A stretch of DNA of 64,000 bases, taken from contig OZ025797.1 of assembly GCA_964019425.1 (NCBI GenBank), forward strand, positions 124,001-188,000. The letters run 5' to 3'. Below the pieces are notes generated by a model. The model did no database searches. It was not told where the DNA came from and worked only from the letters and a program-made list of their open reading frames with translations. Positions 21,224-32,401 of this stretch are shown here, piece by piece. This DNA comes from Flectonema sp. DT1601 (Eukaryota). Position 1 is the first letter of the stretch. Every line of letters starts with the position of its first letter. The position numbers and the translations under genes were made by a program.

Positions 21224-24200
21224 TTAACTAAATAACTCTGACAATTTATTCTTTTTCATAAATCTTTTAGCTTTTGTTGTGTCCTTTGCTGCCTGTGGAG
21301 ATGCTGACCTGAGTGCGGAAGTTGCTTCGGTCTCAGCCCTGTTTCGAGCGATTGATCCGATACTGGGTGTTGAGATGTTTTGAACACCACTAAACTGCTC
21401 CCGAGTTGCAGAGGCTGCCAAGGAACGAGTTTTGACTCTTCCTTTGTTATAAAACTTATCTTGCAGATCTGTTGGAATTGTTTGGTTTACAGAAATTTTT
21501 GATCTCTTCTTCTGTGATGATAACCTCGTCATCCCAGGTGATGAGAGGGGCGAACGTGGTGAAGTCTTATGATGCGTGTGGTCCATAGCCACTCTTGCAG
21601 CATTCCTAAAAGTACCACTTCGCATCGTAGGACTATTCGGTGACTGAGGAGGAGTATAAAATAAAGTATCATGTAAACCCCCATTCGGAATTGGACTCAG
21701 AGACCGACCAGACGGAGGAGCCTTGACACCTGTAGGAGGAGGAGGGAACTGCTTACTCGATGGTGAGTTAACAGACATCGTTGGAGAACTTGGAGGCTCT
21801 TTGAATGACGGCGGAAACATACTTTTTGAATATATCTCAGAGCGGCTTCTCGGAGAATTAGGATTCGACTTCGAGTACCTGAGCGACGCAGGTGAATGTC
21901 TTCCACTACTTGTAAGTGAATAAAAGCTTTCTGGACTTGCTGGAGAATGAGGATACCCAATACCAGGACTAGTATGTCGATGTCTTGATTGTTTATCAAA
22001 ATCATGATTTGAGATTGTTGAGGGAATTGGATCACCAAATCCATCATACTTTGAACTACCTCTTCGTGTTTTGTAACTGGGCTGTCGATGAAATCGATTC
22101 TGAGAAGGTCTCGGACTTCGAGTTTGCTCTGTTCTTTGCACGTCATCAACACTCGGAAGTGATTCTGCATAGTCACGAAAATAATCACATTCTACGATAG
22201 GAATTAATTCAGAATGAATCTTTGAACTTTTATCTCTAGCCTGTTGACAAAGCCAACTACACACAACGTTATTTGGAGTACTGATTGCTAGTGTGACTGA
22301 AGTCCTATCCTGAAGTGATTCATTGCATTGAATTATTGTACATCCACGTGGTTTACATTCAATGTACTCTTCCAAAGCAGAGGTGAAAAGATCCGGTTCA
22401 AAACCCTGAATGTGTTCATCAATAAGTAATCGTACCTGATGCCTAGGAGGGACCGTGTCATCTGGAAAGACCGTTCCGACTGCACTGCGGCTTCCGATCA
22501 GCTGACAATCGCAAGCAGCGTTGCTATAAAACCTAACAGCGTTCGATGTCTTACTGAGTTCTAGAAAAGTAATATCACGAAGTCTCTTTTCTAAGATATC
22601 TTTACATGTATTGGCATCCCGTTCAGACATCGACTGGATTTTTAATTCCAATAAAACAGTTGTGGGAGTATCTATGATAACTCTGTGAAGGTGTCCAACA
22701 CCTGGAATGCCGTCGGCTACGCGAAGCAGAATTTCCGATTCAACGGCGTCCTTAAATGAGCAAGTTGCTGCTCTACTTGTCATCTGTAACTGATGATATC
22801 CAACATCACAACCGAAGTCTACCAACACTCTCAGAGGTGCTGTAAACAACTCTCTTGGTATTCTAACTCCTTCTGACGAAGAACTTTTCGATGGTACATA
22901 AGAAACCGGACTTCTTAAATGAGCTTCGGAAACGATAGCTTCCTGTTCTCTGTATATGTTATTATTGTTTTGGTTGTTCGATAATTTGACATGTTTCTTG
23001 TTTGATGAGCTCGATGACGATTTTGAATAACCATTCCGCTGATGAGTTTTATTTTTATCCCAACCATTCAAATCATTATTTCTCGGAGGTTCTCTCCGAC
23101 GTTCACTGTCCGGCTGATATCTATCTCTTGGTTTATAACTGTCACGTCTTACAGAATCTCGGTTTGTATCATTACGCGATGATCTTTTACGAGTGTAGTC
23201 GCTTGAATCGGAAGAGCTTTCTCGCTTTGGAAGCGGTTTTGCACTTCTGGTGTCAACTTTTGGAGTGTTGCTATACTTGCGAATATCAGAATCAGAGGAG
23301 CTGTCGCGTCTTGGGGGTTTTGATGTCGGTTTCCGACTCCTTCGATCAGATTCAGGAGACCTATCACTTCGCCGACTATCTGCTCTTTGATAGTGCGGAC
23401 GATGTCGGTGACTGTGGCTGCTGGAATCGGAGGAGTTTTCACGTTTTGGAGGTTTTGATGTTGTTTTCCGACTGTAGTTTGTCCTTCGATCAGAATCAGG
23501 AGACTTATCACGTCGTCGACTATCTGCCCTGTCATGTTGTGGAGACCTGTCATGACGTCGATGACTGTGGCTGCTGGAATCGGAAGAGCTTTCACGTTTT
23601 GGAGGTGGTTTTGACTTCTTCTTTGGATCTTGAATATCTACTTTTTGATGTCTTTTATCACTCTCCGAACTTCTAGATCGCATTGCTGACTTTGTTGGTG
23701 ACATCGACCTCCCTCTGTGAGATTTTATTGTTTCCTCTCTCTGCGCTAGTTGTTGTTGTCGTTGTTTGACTAACCTTTCTAACCTGTCAGATAATTTAGA
23801 AGAGTTCCTTTCACTTGAGAACTGTCCTAGTTGGTCGTACTCAGCAGCTTTATTGCTGCTCACAGATGGTTGTCTGGGAGTTTCATGTGGCCGGAGAGGC
23901 GATAGATCCTGCTGTTGTGTTCTAACTGCCTCAGAAGCTTCTCCACCAAAGTCAAGATGACTTGGTGGTGGTTCGGCCATATTTAAGGGAGTAGATTTGT
24001 GAGGTTTTACTGGTGAGTTGTTGGGCCATTTAATAGTTACATTTGATCCTGTGGGAGCATCAAAGTCGAGTACTGCAGGTCTGATTGGTGTAAACCCTGT
24101 TGTCGAAGTTGTTCCATCAGACTGAAGTACTTGTGAACAAACTTGTTTGAATTGTCTCCATCCACAAGTTGGGGTATTGTTGTTTCTTGACATGGCTGTC

Positions 24201-24445
24201 CAAAGTTTATTAAATACTTGAGTGTCTCGATCTGACATCTTTTTTGGATTATCAAATATATCTAACCACGCTACGGCATTAAGAGCTTGATACCTGGCAA
24301 GCGTAAGCCCTTCTAACTCTTCTTCACTCGGAATGGTTTCACGTCTCGCCAGCATAGAGAAGCATCGTTGAGGACAATCACCGAAATCTAATGTTTTATG
24401 ACATCTTATAAAAGCATCTCTTATTTGATGGTCCTCATCATTCAT
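21224..24445 (-). CDS. Large low-complexity S/R/P-rich hypothetical protein with internal repeats
   Basis: 1073-aa ORF; ~51-aa duplicated unit 'KPPKRESSSDSSSHSHR..RADSRR.D.SP.SDRR'. Confidence 0.8.
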   Translation of the reverse strand: MNDEDHQIRDAFIRCHKTLDFGDCPQRCFSMLARRETIPSEEELEGLTLARYQALNAVAWLDIFDNPKKMSDRDTQVFNKLWTAMSRNNNTPTCGWRQFKQVCSQVLQSDGTTSTTGFTPIRPAVLDFDAPTGSNVTIKWPNNSPVKPHKSTPLNMAEPPPSHLDFGGEASEAVRTQQQDLSPLRPHETPRQPSVSSNKAAEYDQLGQFSSERNSSKLSDRLERLVKQRQQQLAQREETIKSHRGRSMSPTKSAMRSRSSESDKRHQKVDIQDPKKKSKPPPKRESSSDSSSHSHRRHDRSPQHDRADSRRRDKSPDSDRRTNYSRKTTSKPPKRENSSDSSSHSHRHRPHYQRADSRRSDRSPESDRRSRKPTSKPPRRDSSSDSDIRKYSNTPKVDTRSAKPLPKRESSSDSSDYTRKRSSRNDTNRDSVRRDSYKPRDRYQPDSERRREPPRNNDLNGWDKNKTHQRNGYSKSSSSSSNKKHVKLSNNQNNNNIYREQEAIVSEAHLRSPVSYVPSKSSSSEGVRIPRELFTAPLRVLVDFGCDVGYHQLQMTSRAATCSFKDAVESEILLRVADGIPGVGHLHRVIIDTPTTVLLELKIQSMSERDANTCKDILEKRLRDITFLELSKTSNAVRFYSNAACDCQLIGSRSAVGTVFPDDTVPPRHQVRLLIDEHIQGFEPDLFTSALEEYIECKPRGCTIIQCNESLQDRTSVTLAISTPNNVVCSWLCQQARDKSSKIHSELIPIVECDYFRDYAESLPSVDDVQRTEQTRSPRPSQNRFHRQPSYKTRRGSSKYDGFGDPIPSTISNHDFDKQSRHRHTSPGIGYPHSPASPESFYSLTSSGRHSPASLRYSKSNPNSPRSRSEIYSKSMFPPSFKEPPSSPTMSVNSPSSKQFPPPPTGVKAPPSGRSLSPIPNGGLHDTLFYTPPQSPNSPTMRSGTFRNAARVAMDHTHHKTSPRSPLSSPGMTRLSSQKKRSKISVNQTIPTDLQDKFYNKGRVKTRSLAASATREQFSGVQNISTPSIGSIARNRAETEATSALRSASPQAAKDTTKAKRFMKKNKLSELFS
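23200..23610 (-). repeat. Coding tandem duplication, period 153 nt with decayed extra copies
   Basis: GACTGTGGCTGCTGGAATCGGA occurs at 23410 and 23563. Confidence 0.75.
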
Positions 24446-24580
24446 GATGTTTACTTTGTGAGGAAAAATATAAATATAAAAAAGTTAAACCAAAAGTTTT
24501 TTTTCAATTGAATAAGATGCAGAAACGCCATCGTTCCACTACTTTGTTAATATGTGTAAATAATATAAAACTGTTGTAGT

Positions 24581-26791
24581 CTATAATCTCTCGGGTATCG
24601 AAGGGGCATCTGCTGGTGTTGCGCATGTGAATGGAACGTGACGAGCAACGTGAAAGAACTCTGCGACAGTCATTTGATCATAACCTGCTCCAGAAGAAGA
24701 GAACGAAACTCCCATAAAAGGAGACGGTTGCTGATTGATATCCAAAAGGAACGCACGAGAGGCAACATCATATCTGCATTCTGATCCACAAGGAGGATGT
24801 ACAAGATCAGGAAATGGAACCCACATCGGATAATGCATCGTCATTGGTAGATGTGTTTCCTTTCCTTGAGTATGATTCACTGAAGTCTCAAATATCGTAT
24901 CAATAAATGAATTTATTATATCAATATGATTTCTCGGATCTGCTGCAACTGCTGCTTCTCGTGCCTTCGCTCTTCCGATTGCCGGCATTCCATCGACATC
25001 CTCACTCCTCGCGAGAGTTTCAGATTCAAATCTTTGCATCCAAACAGTAAACTCGTGGAGGTATTGTAATTTTAGAATCGACCAAAAACGGGCATCCTTC
25101 CCAGCATCATCTTTTGAGAATAATTTTATCCAAGAACAACTTGATTTTCTATCGCAATCAATAAAAGCAGCGTGTTTCAACTGAATCACCATTCTCCGAT
25201 CTTTTGTATCCTGAAACAGTTCGTCAATTATTTCAGTTATGTCAGCAGTACTGCAAATTCCTCCTTTTAGAGTCTGACTAGCAAAACAACCTCCGCGAGC
25301 AGTAAGATCGTTGGTGGTTTCTTTTTGTTGGCATTTTTGTTTTATCGTTAAGAAAAGATTTCGCATGCCGGAAATCATCCAACTCCCAGCATAGCCCATT
25401 GTGATGAGAGAGAGCACAGCACAGTTAGGGTCAGCACTGTATCGCTGACATGCGTGTAGAAATGAATAGGTCACATCACAGAGAGACCTGTTCCTTTCCT
25501 TGGCGTAGTTTTTAAAGAACAGTGTCAGGTCACTATTTTTATTTGCATATTGAAAAAGAGATCTTCCGATGATCAAAGCATCTTGGTGAGTGAACTTCAT
25601 ATCAAACGGGACTCCCAGAGAATGTAAATAACTCGGTAACCAAGCTGGTTCTCCAAATGGCCGCAGTACTTTGTTAGGTGCGGATACAATTGGAGGACGA
25701 GTGTCCCAGACGCCAAGGACTTGTTCGATTAAGTTGGTTGAGGTGTTTTCAGTCTGAAGAAGCTTTGTGGCAATTGTTGTTGTTGCAGTCATTAACTCAC
25801 GACAAAGTAGTGAAACTGTTTCATTAGTTGGTCTGGTTACATCTATTCCCCAAGGCTCTAGATTAGGAAATTGTTGTCTATTGTCCCATTTAGGTCGTGG
25901 TGTAAAAGATCCATCAGGGACATGTTTTTTCATATCGATGGTAATTCTCGTCTTTTGCAACCATTTCGTCGCAACCTGCGCTACTCTGGTTTTTATTTCC
26001 GGGGTCACATCAGCCGCCTGCGCCTTCGCCTTCGCGTCAAAAACCAATTTCTCTCTTCTTAATTTTTTTATCTCAGCAATTTGCTCCCCCGTTTTCTCGT
26101 TTAAAATCCTATTCTCAAAGTTCGCATCTGAAAGTAATTTCTCCATAGATAAGTAACTAGCTACCGTGTTGCGTAAAGCAGCCGTCTCGGAGTTCATCTT
26201 CATGACCTCTTTTTTGTACGTCTGAACTTTTAATTGAAGTTTGTTTATTTCTTCATTAAGTTCAGTCACTTCGTATTGATGAGTGACGGCTCTCAGAGAT
26301 ATTTCACCGTATTTTGGTCGGGATTGTTGCTGCGGTTGTGGTTGTGGTTGTGGTTGCTGTGCAGTTGTTTTTTCCTGAAGATTTCGACTGATCTCATGTG
26401 TTTCTAGATTTTCAACGGTAGCTAAAATCCTTTCTAATATCACATCAAATATAGTGAACGACGTTGACATCAGTTTTAAACACATTTTCGCTTTCCATAC
26501 ATCACTCTGAGATGATAAATATATCTTTTCCAATTCCAGTAGCAATTTCGGTTTCGTATCTTTTCCAGTGTGAACGTATTGCAGTAAAGCGCTCTCTGCA
26601 TCTTTTATTATAAGTTTTGAACATCTTCCAACAGGTGGCTTTGGTCTATATATCTCTCTCGATTTTTGATCTTTAACTACTACTTCCTTCTTCTTAATGA
26701 CAACATGTTTAACTCGCTGTTGATCTCCTAAATGTGACTTGGATGTAAATATTGGTATTATGCTATTCTGTAGAATCCCATCAGTCATCAT
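24581..26791 (-). CDS. TSNAXIP1-like coiled-coil protein (possibly flagellar)
   Basis: Coiled coil followed by 'FTPRPKW', 'GEPAWLPSYLH' and 'TYSFLHACQRYSADPNCAVL', a pattern I recall from TSNAXIP1 family members. Confidence 0.6.
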   Translation of the reverse strand: MMTDGILQNSIIPIFTSKSHLGDQQRVKHVVIKKKEVVVKDQKSREIYRPKPPVGRCSKLIIKDAESALLQYVHTGKDTKPKLLLELEKIYLSSQSDVWKAKMCLKLMSTSFTIFDVILERILATVENLETHEISRNLQEKTTAQQPQPQPQPQQQSRPKYGEISLRAVTHQYEVTELNEEINKLQLKVQTYKKEVMKMNSETAALRNTVASYLSMEKLLSDANFENRILNEKTGEQIAEIKKLRREKLVFDAKAKAQAADVTPEIKTRVAQVATKWLQKTRITIDMKKHVPDGSFTPRPKWDNRQQFPNLEPWGIDVTRPTNETVSLLCRELMTATTTIATKLLQTENTSTNLIEQVLGVWDTRPPIVSAPNKVLRPFGEPAWLPSYLHSLGVPFDMKFTHQDALIIGRSLFQYANKNSDLTLFFKNYAKERNRSLCDVTYSFLHACQRYSADPNCAVLSLITMGYAGSWMISGMRNLFLTIKQKCQQKETTNDLTARGGCFASQTLKGGICSTADITEIIDELFQDTKDRRMVIQLKHAAFIDCDRKSSCSWIKLFSKDDAGKDARFWSILKLQYLHEFTVWMQRFESETLARSEDVDGMPAIGRAKAREAAVAADPRNHIDIINSFIDTIFETSVNHTQGKETHLPMTMHYPMWVPFPDLVHPPCGSECRYDVASRAFLLDINQQPSPFMGVSFSSSGAGYDQMTVAEFFHVARHVPFTCATPADAPSIPERL

Positions 26792-26973
26792 TTCATAGTT
26801 TTTTTAAAAAAAAAAAAAAAAAATTCCCCCTTCTGTAAAAAAACATAGCAGCTTAAGAAAAACAATACCCTTTTTTAAAAGGGAACTCATAACCGACGCA
26901 CATGATGAATAATAAAGCAACCAACTGAGTCCATCACTTTGTCAGAACTGATAATGTGGTGATGTTGATATTT

Positions 26974-28206
26974 CTAATAAATGGAAGTGACTGGGATGTC
27001 ATCATTTTCAGGTGAGTTGTTAGCAAGTAATTCTTTGTCAAGAGCGTTTTGCCGTTTGCCGTTTTCGGAAAACCCGCTTCTAACAGTCGTGCGCAGTTTA
27101 ACATAAACCTCGCTCGCGTCGTTTGATGCAGAAGACAGAAACGGATCTACCAAAGCCTCCTCTTCAGAAGAGTGTTTAGAGTCTTGCGTAAAGTCAATGG
27201 AATCAATGGCTTGTCGAACACTCGCACATATCAAACCAGCTGCTACATCATAAGGATAAAACCCTCCATTCGAAGGAACAAGTTTCATAGAGGAAGAGCA
27301 ATAGGGCATCAGATCTTGGCTAGTTTTTGTTGAGTTGTAGTTTGACTTATTTTCGGTAAACGCTAATATAATTCCCCATGGTCTGTTAATACTCGGTGAT
27401 GGTGGTCCTCTATAAAATTTCGCAGGCTCCGCACTTCCTGCAGGAGTGTCTTTTACACCAACGAAGTCCACCCTTTGTCTCTTGTGATTATAACTAACCC
27501 ATTTCCAAATGTTATTTACTAACGTTATGGGAATGTCTAAAACACCTCCGTGTGTGTATTTAGCCAAAAGGTAAAATTTGTGAAAGGAGTTCTCATCAAT
27601 AATGATTCGAGAAACGTTGTACTGAAGTGACACACTTATTACGCTGGCCATCATTTGGTCAGTTAAACATCCGTCTACTATTAGGAATATTCTTGGCTTC
27701 ATATTATCTTCTTCAGCATCGAAATCAATCTGTGACGTATAAGGCTGCAACGCTGAAGGAAATTCAGCAACCACCAATGAATTGAGTTGCTCGTGTAGAC
27801 CGAACGTACTATTTACGAATCTTACGAGTTCAATAGCTGATCCGTAAGTTTTTTTTGGTACTGTAGTTGGAAGAGAATTAATAGCAGATGACTTCTCTTC
27901 AATGTGAATAATCGGTGTTGGGAACTTACCCGATGTTATCGCCTTCGTGATTGAGGGAATTCCCATCAAAATTCGATCATATTGTCTGGTCTTGGAATCG
28001 CTGGCGTAAGTGGAAGTTCGTTCCGCATACCTTTTTGGAACTATAGGTCTTTGTAGCCGTTTTGGTGGTTCCGTGTTATATACCTTCTTGTGCTTCGTCA
28101 CATATTTCGCAAGTGACACTCCTGAAAGATCCGCGGCCTGTGCTGGTCGTGTTGATGGAACACGCGAGACTCGCAATACTCTGGTACGAAACATCATTCT
28201 ATTCAA
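26974..28206 (-). CDS. SpoU/TrmH-fold RNA methyltransferase-like protein, degenerate, probably mitochondrial
   Basis: Arg-rich presequence-like start; 'FLIVDGCLTDQMMASVISVS' and 'LVPSNGGFYPYDVAAGLI' align by eye to SpoU motifs 1 and 3. Confidence 0.6.
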   Translation of the reverse strand: MNRMMFRTRVLRVSRVPSTRPAQAADLSGVSLAKYVTKHKKVYNTEPPKRLQRPIVPKRYAERTSTYASDSKTRQYDRILMGIPSITKAITSGKFPTPIIHIEEKSSAINSLPTTVPKKTYGSAIELVRFVNSTFGLHEQLNSLVVAEFPSALQPYTSQIDFDAEEDNMKPRIFLIVDGCLTDQMMASVISVSLQYNVSRIIIDENSFHKFYLLAKYTHGGVLDIPITLVNNIWKWVSYNHKRQRVDFVGVKDTPAGSAEPAKFYRGPPSPSINRPWGIILAFTENKSNYNSTKTSQDLMPYCSSSMKLVPSNGGFYPYDVAAGLICASVRQAIDSIDFTQDSKHSSEEEALVDPFLSSASNDASEVYVKLRTTVRSGFSENGKRQNALDKELLANNSPENDDIPVTSIY

Positions 28207-28457
28207 TTACTCTCTGTTTGTACGAAGTATGATTTGAGCTATTTTCTTTTTTTTTTTTTTTTTTTGTTACACTATTTAGAAACCATTTTAACACGTCAGG
28301 TATGGAGATACGTTTGTTTCTGTTATAACAAAAACAGGAGATAACAAGAAGAATCACAGATATAATTAACAATCGATGCGGTAATAAAGAACACTGCTTA
28401 ATGCTACTTTTTTTTTTTTTTCTTTTTTTTTTCTTATTTTTTTTTTCTTCTCTATGT

Positions 28458-29891
28458 TCACTCCGCTGTAGCAGTTATCGTTATACTCCCAGTAGCGTTA
28501 TTGAATACTCGTTCAAGATCACAATAGTTAAAAACACATCTTTTTTCAACGGCTATTATAGCCATGTGCCTTTTAAGAGTTGTTAAGCTGGCGGGAGATT
28601 CCGGGATGATCTCCCTAACTTGAAGAGAATCGCTCTGAAATACAATTCCAATATCTGCCCATTTACATCCCTCCTCTATTGGAATGGTATACTGAACCAC
28701 GAAGTCTTCGACTTGCTCACTCGATAGTTTTTGTGAAAATATTCTATAAGCAGTACCACAGTCAATGAGATTAATAAGTTGAAGGGCAGCGTCGGTAAAG
28801 TTATTTTCATTAGCATATTTCCTTAGCACCTCATGGATAGATTCTTGTTTTCCTCCCTCAAGACGCCGCAGCATAGACTTAACTTGTGCAGTAGTTGTTA
28901 GATTGCTGCGGACTACTTGTGTTGTGTTAGAACGAGGAAGTGAAAGAATTCGCTCTAAAATATCATCACCTAATTTATTATCCCAAGCAAACCAGCGTGC
29001 TTGTTGATGTAATGTCGGTTTTGATGTTGCGAATGCTCTGTTAAACTTGTCAGAAATCTTATCTTTTTCATCAATTTCGGTAGCTAATATTTCCAAACTG
29101 CGTGCTTCCGGAAGTCTTTTCAATTTATTTTCTGCCGCTATCCTTTCTGTATTGTTGGGTGTGTAGTCTCCGTAGAATTTGTCGAGGAAGTTATCTAATT
29201 TTTTATTGAATTCTGAGTTGTCGTGTTTTAATTTTTTTATAATAATATTGTCATCGTCGAGTTGTCTTTTTGCGTTTTGTCTTGATTCTCGTCGTTTTCC
29301 TGGGAAGGCGACATCTTTGACGACGTCTCTAACGTACTCAGCCGGTGAATCACTTTCAAGGGAACGGTTTTGTGATTGCTGAAGAATTTTAATTACATCA
29401 TACGAACCTAACTTTATAGCAGCCTCGATAAATTCTCTATCGTGAGACCATTCTTTTTTTAACGCTACCAATACTCTGCTTCTGATTACAGCCAAGGGAT
29501 GTTTTGCTTCTGAAACGCTCCCCTTAAAGTAGTACAAATCAAAAAATATCTTATCAGAAAGATAACTCAGAAGTACTGTGAACTGTTCTTTCACAGCATC
29601 GCTAGTAATTTCTTTTAAAAATGTTGTTGTGAGCTCGCTTCGATTTTCTCCTTCATGGGTCTCAGTGTTCGTTTGGGTTTCCGCAACTGGTTCTTTATTA
29701 CTGAAATAGCTTCTAGAACGTTCTCTTTCAGAATTAGTCATCTCGTCATCATCATCACTAAGTTTTTCATTCATATCATTACTTTCTATAGGTGTCGGAT
29801 TTGGTGATATCGAGGGTGTTCTGATCTTCATTGAGTCCTCTTCTTCTTTATTTGATTCGACGTCGTTCTCTGTCTCATTTGTTGATGACAT
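28458..29891 (-). CDS. Hypothetical protein with C-terminal PDZ-like domain
   Basis: 'DIGIVFQSDSLQVREIIPESPASLTTLKRHMAIIAVE'. Confidence 0.7.
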   Translation of the reverse strand: MSSTNETENDVESNKEEEDSMKIRTPSISPNPTPIESNDMNEKLSDDDDEMTNSERERSRSYFSNKEPVAETQTNTETHEGENRSELTTTFLKEITSDAVKEQFTVLLSYLSDKIFFDLYYFKGSVSEAKHPLAVIRSRVLVALKKEWSHDREFIEAAIKLGSYDVIKILQQSQNRSLESDSPAEYVRDVVKDVAFPGKRRESRQNAKRQLDDDNIIIKKLKHDNSEFNKKLDNFLDKFYGDYTPNNTERIAAENKLKRLPEARSLEILATEIDEKDKISDKFNRAFATSKPTLHQQARWFAWDNKLGDDILERILSLPRSNTTQVVRSNLTTTAQVKSMLRRLEGGKQESIHEVLRKYANENNFTDAALQLINLIDCGTAYRIFSQKLSSEQVEDFVVQYTIPIEEGCKWADIGIVFQSDSLQVREIIPESPASLTTLKRHMAIIAVEKRCVFNYCDLERVFNNATGSITITATAE

Positions 29892-29923
29892 TTCCTCTAA
29901 TTGGTAAAACTGTAATCGAAAGA

Positions 29924-29957
<34 letters not shown>

Positions 29958-30375
29958 AAGCAGAGACGTAGAAATATAAATGACCTGAGCAATTGCGTGG
30001 AATCATTGCTGTTAACTCTTTTTGTAAAAAATTAAAAATTAATTTTTAAAAAAAAACTTTTTTTTTTCCAACTATAAATGCTTGTTATCGCTGCACTGTC
30101 ATGGCTGCCATGCGCGAAGAACATCCTTCGTGACAACACTTCTAGGTCCTTATTTTCATTTTTTTTTTTTTTTTTTTTTTTTCCTTCCCCTAGTATTCCT
30201 TTTTTTTTTTTTTTTTTAAATATTGAATACAACAAGAATACAGACAACATAATGACGTCCTAAATATCAGACGAGGATCTCGCGGGGACTCGGAAAGATC
30301 GGAGTTTAAATATCTCTGATTTGGATAACGAACCACCTTGTAAATAACAATCAACACCAACACAACAACAATTCA

Positions 30376-32062
30376 TTAGTAGTATTCAATACTGAGTGCA
30401 GTCTCATAGACTGAGAGAAAGGCGAGTGCTATGGTTTCTTGTGTGCTGTTCCATCTTTCCATTTTTTCATTTTGTTCGTCTGTCAACCAACTGGACTCGG
30501 CTCTTTCTAAGAGTTGCTCAATTTCTTTAAATTCAATAAGTCTTCTTTGATATAGATTGCGTAAATTTTTATACAATCCAGAAACAAGTCGATTTCTTAC
30601 AACTTCACCAGGTGGGAGATGCCACAGAAATAATGTACTCTTTGGGTTTCGATCTAAAGCTGTTGGTACTTCTCTGACTTGCAAGTATTCAGTTACCTTC
30701 ATTCTAAACAGACTTACTCGGACTTCTTGTTCTCCTGCGAGTGCATTTGCTATGATATCTCTCTCTTCCAATACCTTCTTAGCAGTTAGTAGTTTATATA
30801 TTCTTCGACCAGTAGGTCCGAATTGCTTACTCAGTAAGAATTCCATCTGTGCGTTACGATGAGCCGTAACGAGAGCATCCTGTTTGTGTTTTTTTAAAAT
30901 GGGATCAATTTTATTCAACAATATTAATCAATATAAAACATACCATGTTAACAGCGATACCATTTCTATCACTTCGTAAGATAGTTGTATGTCCTAATTG
31001 AGGGAAGGCATTTTGAAGAGAATCAACGACATCAGGTAGACGTCGTTGGGTATCATGAGATCTTATCATGACTGTTAATTCATCCATCGTCACAGCTTGT
31101 GAATGTGTCGGCATTGAAGGTATGCATGATTCAGTTGACGCTGGGTCTTTAGGAATATCAAAGGAAACTTTTAAAGGTTTCGCTAGTATTGTTTCAACAA
31201 CAGAAGCAGCATGTTCATTAACTAAACGATACACAATATCAGTGCATGCTCGTCCTCTAGCGTATTGTACAAATTGAACAGCATTCACTCTGAGTTCCTT
31301 TTGATAGAGATTACCAGATGTGTCTTCTTCGATATTATTATCATTTATAGTTGTTTTTGAATCGACTCTGTCGGTATTCCATTCATCTTCACCTTCTTTG
31401 AGTTCTGGTTCTAATTTTGGTCGTTTCTTTGCTGCAGCCGAGCGGGTTCGTTTCCCTCCGTTTTCCATTTTTTCATAAACTTCTGCTCCGGATAGTTTCT
31501 GATGTCCATCCTCTGCCGGTGTCATCATTGCTTTTGGACAATATTCAACATAATGTCGTTCTATCATTTGCTCAACAAGATTTTTTAGATGCGCAATTTT
31601 TGTGAATTGCCTTGCTTCAGGTAACGTTCCTCCACAAGGTCCCAAAGGATCAGCTATAAACAAATCAAGAAGATATCCGAGTGGTAGCCTCCCATGTTGT
31701 AATAGTAATCTTACTAAGTGAGAACCGTCATCTCCGAAAATCTCTTTTGCGTGGACTACGACACGGGGATGTCTAATGCGAAATAATACAGCATCAGGAT
31801 TACAGAAATATACAGGAGGAGCTTTTAATTTAAAATCAATTAAGGCATGATGAACTAACACTAAAATACTCCTTCTTAACTTATTATGATTGTAGACGAA
31901 TCCCTGAGGGACGTTTTGTTGACAGTGTTTTGCCAGTTGAATTAGCGTGGAAGGTCCTTTAAAAAGTATTCTATCGATTATTAAACCAGGCATGATCCCG
32001 AAATGTTCACGAGCAACATCGACTGTGAGGTGCAATTTCTCATCACAGTGGTGGTGAACCAT
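30376..32062 (-). CDS. POLR3C: RNA polymerase III subunit RPC82/RPC3; two exons (32062-30944, 30879-30376)
   Basis: N-terminal 'VAREHFG..IIDRILFKGPSTL', 'LFRIRHPR..KEIFGDDG..LLQHGRL'; C-terminal 'KQFGPTGRRIYKLL..LEERDI..QVREVP..TLFLW'; a 64-nt GT-AG intron joins the two ORFs in frame. Confidence 0.88.
30880..30943 (-). other. GT-AG intron, 64 nt
   Basis: GTATGT...AAAAAAACACAAACAG; splicing gives AVNM|DALVTAH. Confidence 0.85.
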
Positions 32063-32401
32063 ATTGAATGATATTATGAGGTGGTTTGTTCCCCCGTTTC
32101 TGGAGAAAAAAAAAAAACAATTATATTCGCAATGTGATATTCCCACGATGATTACCAACCGATCAGGACGTAGTACCTGCGTTATTGGTTGTGCGCAATT
32201 CTTGTTTTGTTTTGTTTTTTCATTCGTTTTTTCGTGGTTACAAGGTTTTGGTTTCCTTTCATTATTATTATTATATCCCCCCCCCCTAAAACCTTATTTG
32301 TTTTTTTTTTTTTTTTTTGTCGGAAGGTTATTGAAAGTAACCGCAGCTGAAACAGCTAAACACGGTGATTAGTATCGTTGGTGCCTCTGGGTTACTCCGC
32401 G

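Noticed and set aside
23002..23676. 224-aa plus-strand ORF with repeats, and other plus-strand ORFs overlapping long genes
   Set aside because: Antisense shadows of minus-strand coding sequence
26902..26963. Plus-strand ATGATGA...CTGA...CTGA and an imperfect hairpin
   Set aside because: Antisense to the transcription unit, very short, no identifiable guide
30265..30320. Three-way-junction-like fold with CAGACGA and GAAA, resembling a hammerhead ribozyme
   Set aside because: Core deviates from CUGANGA and stem II closure does not fit
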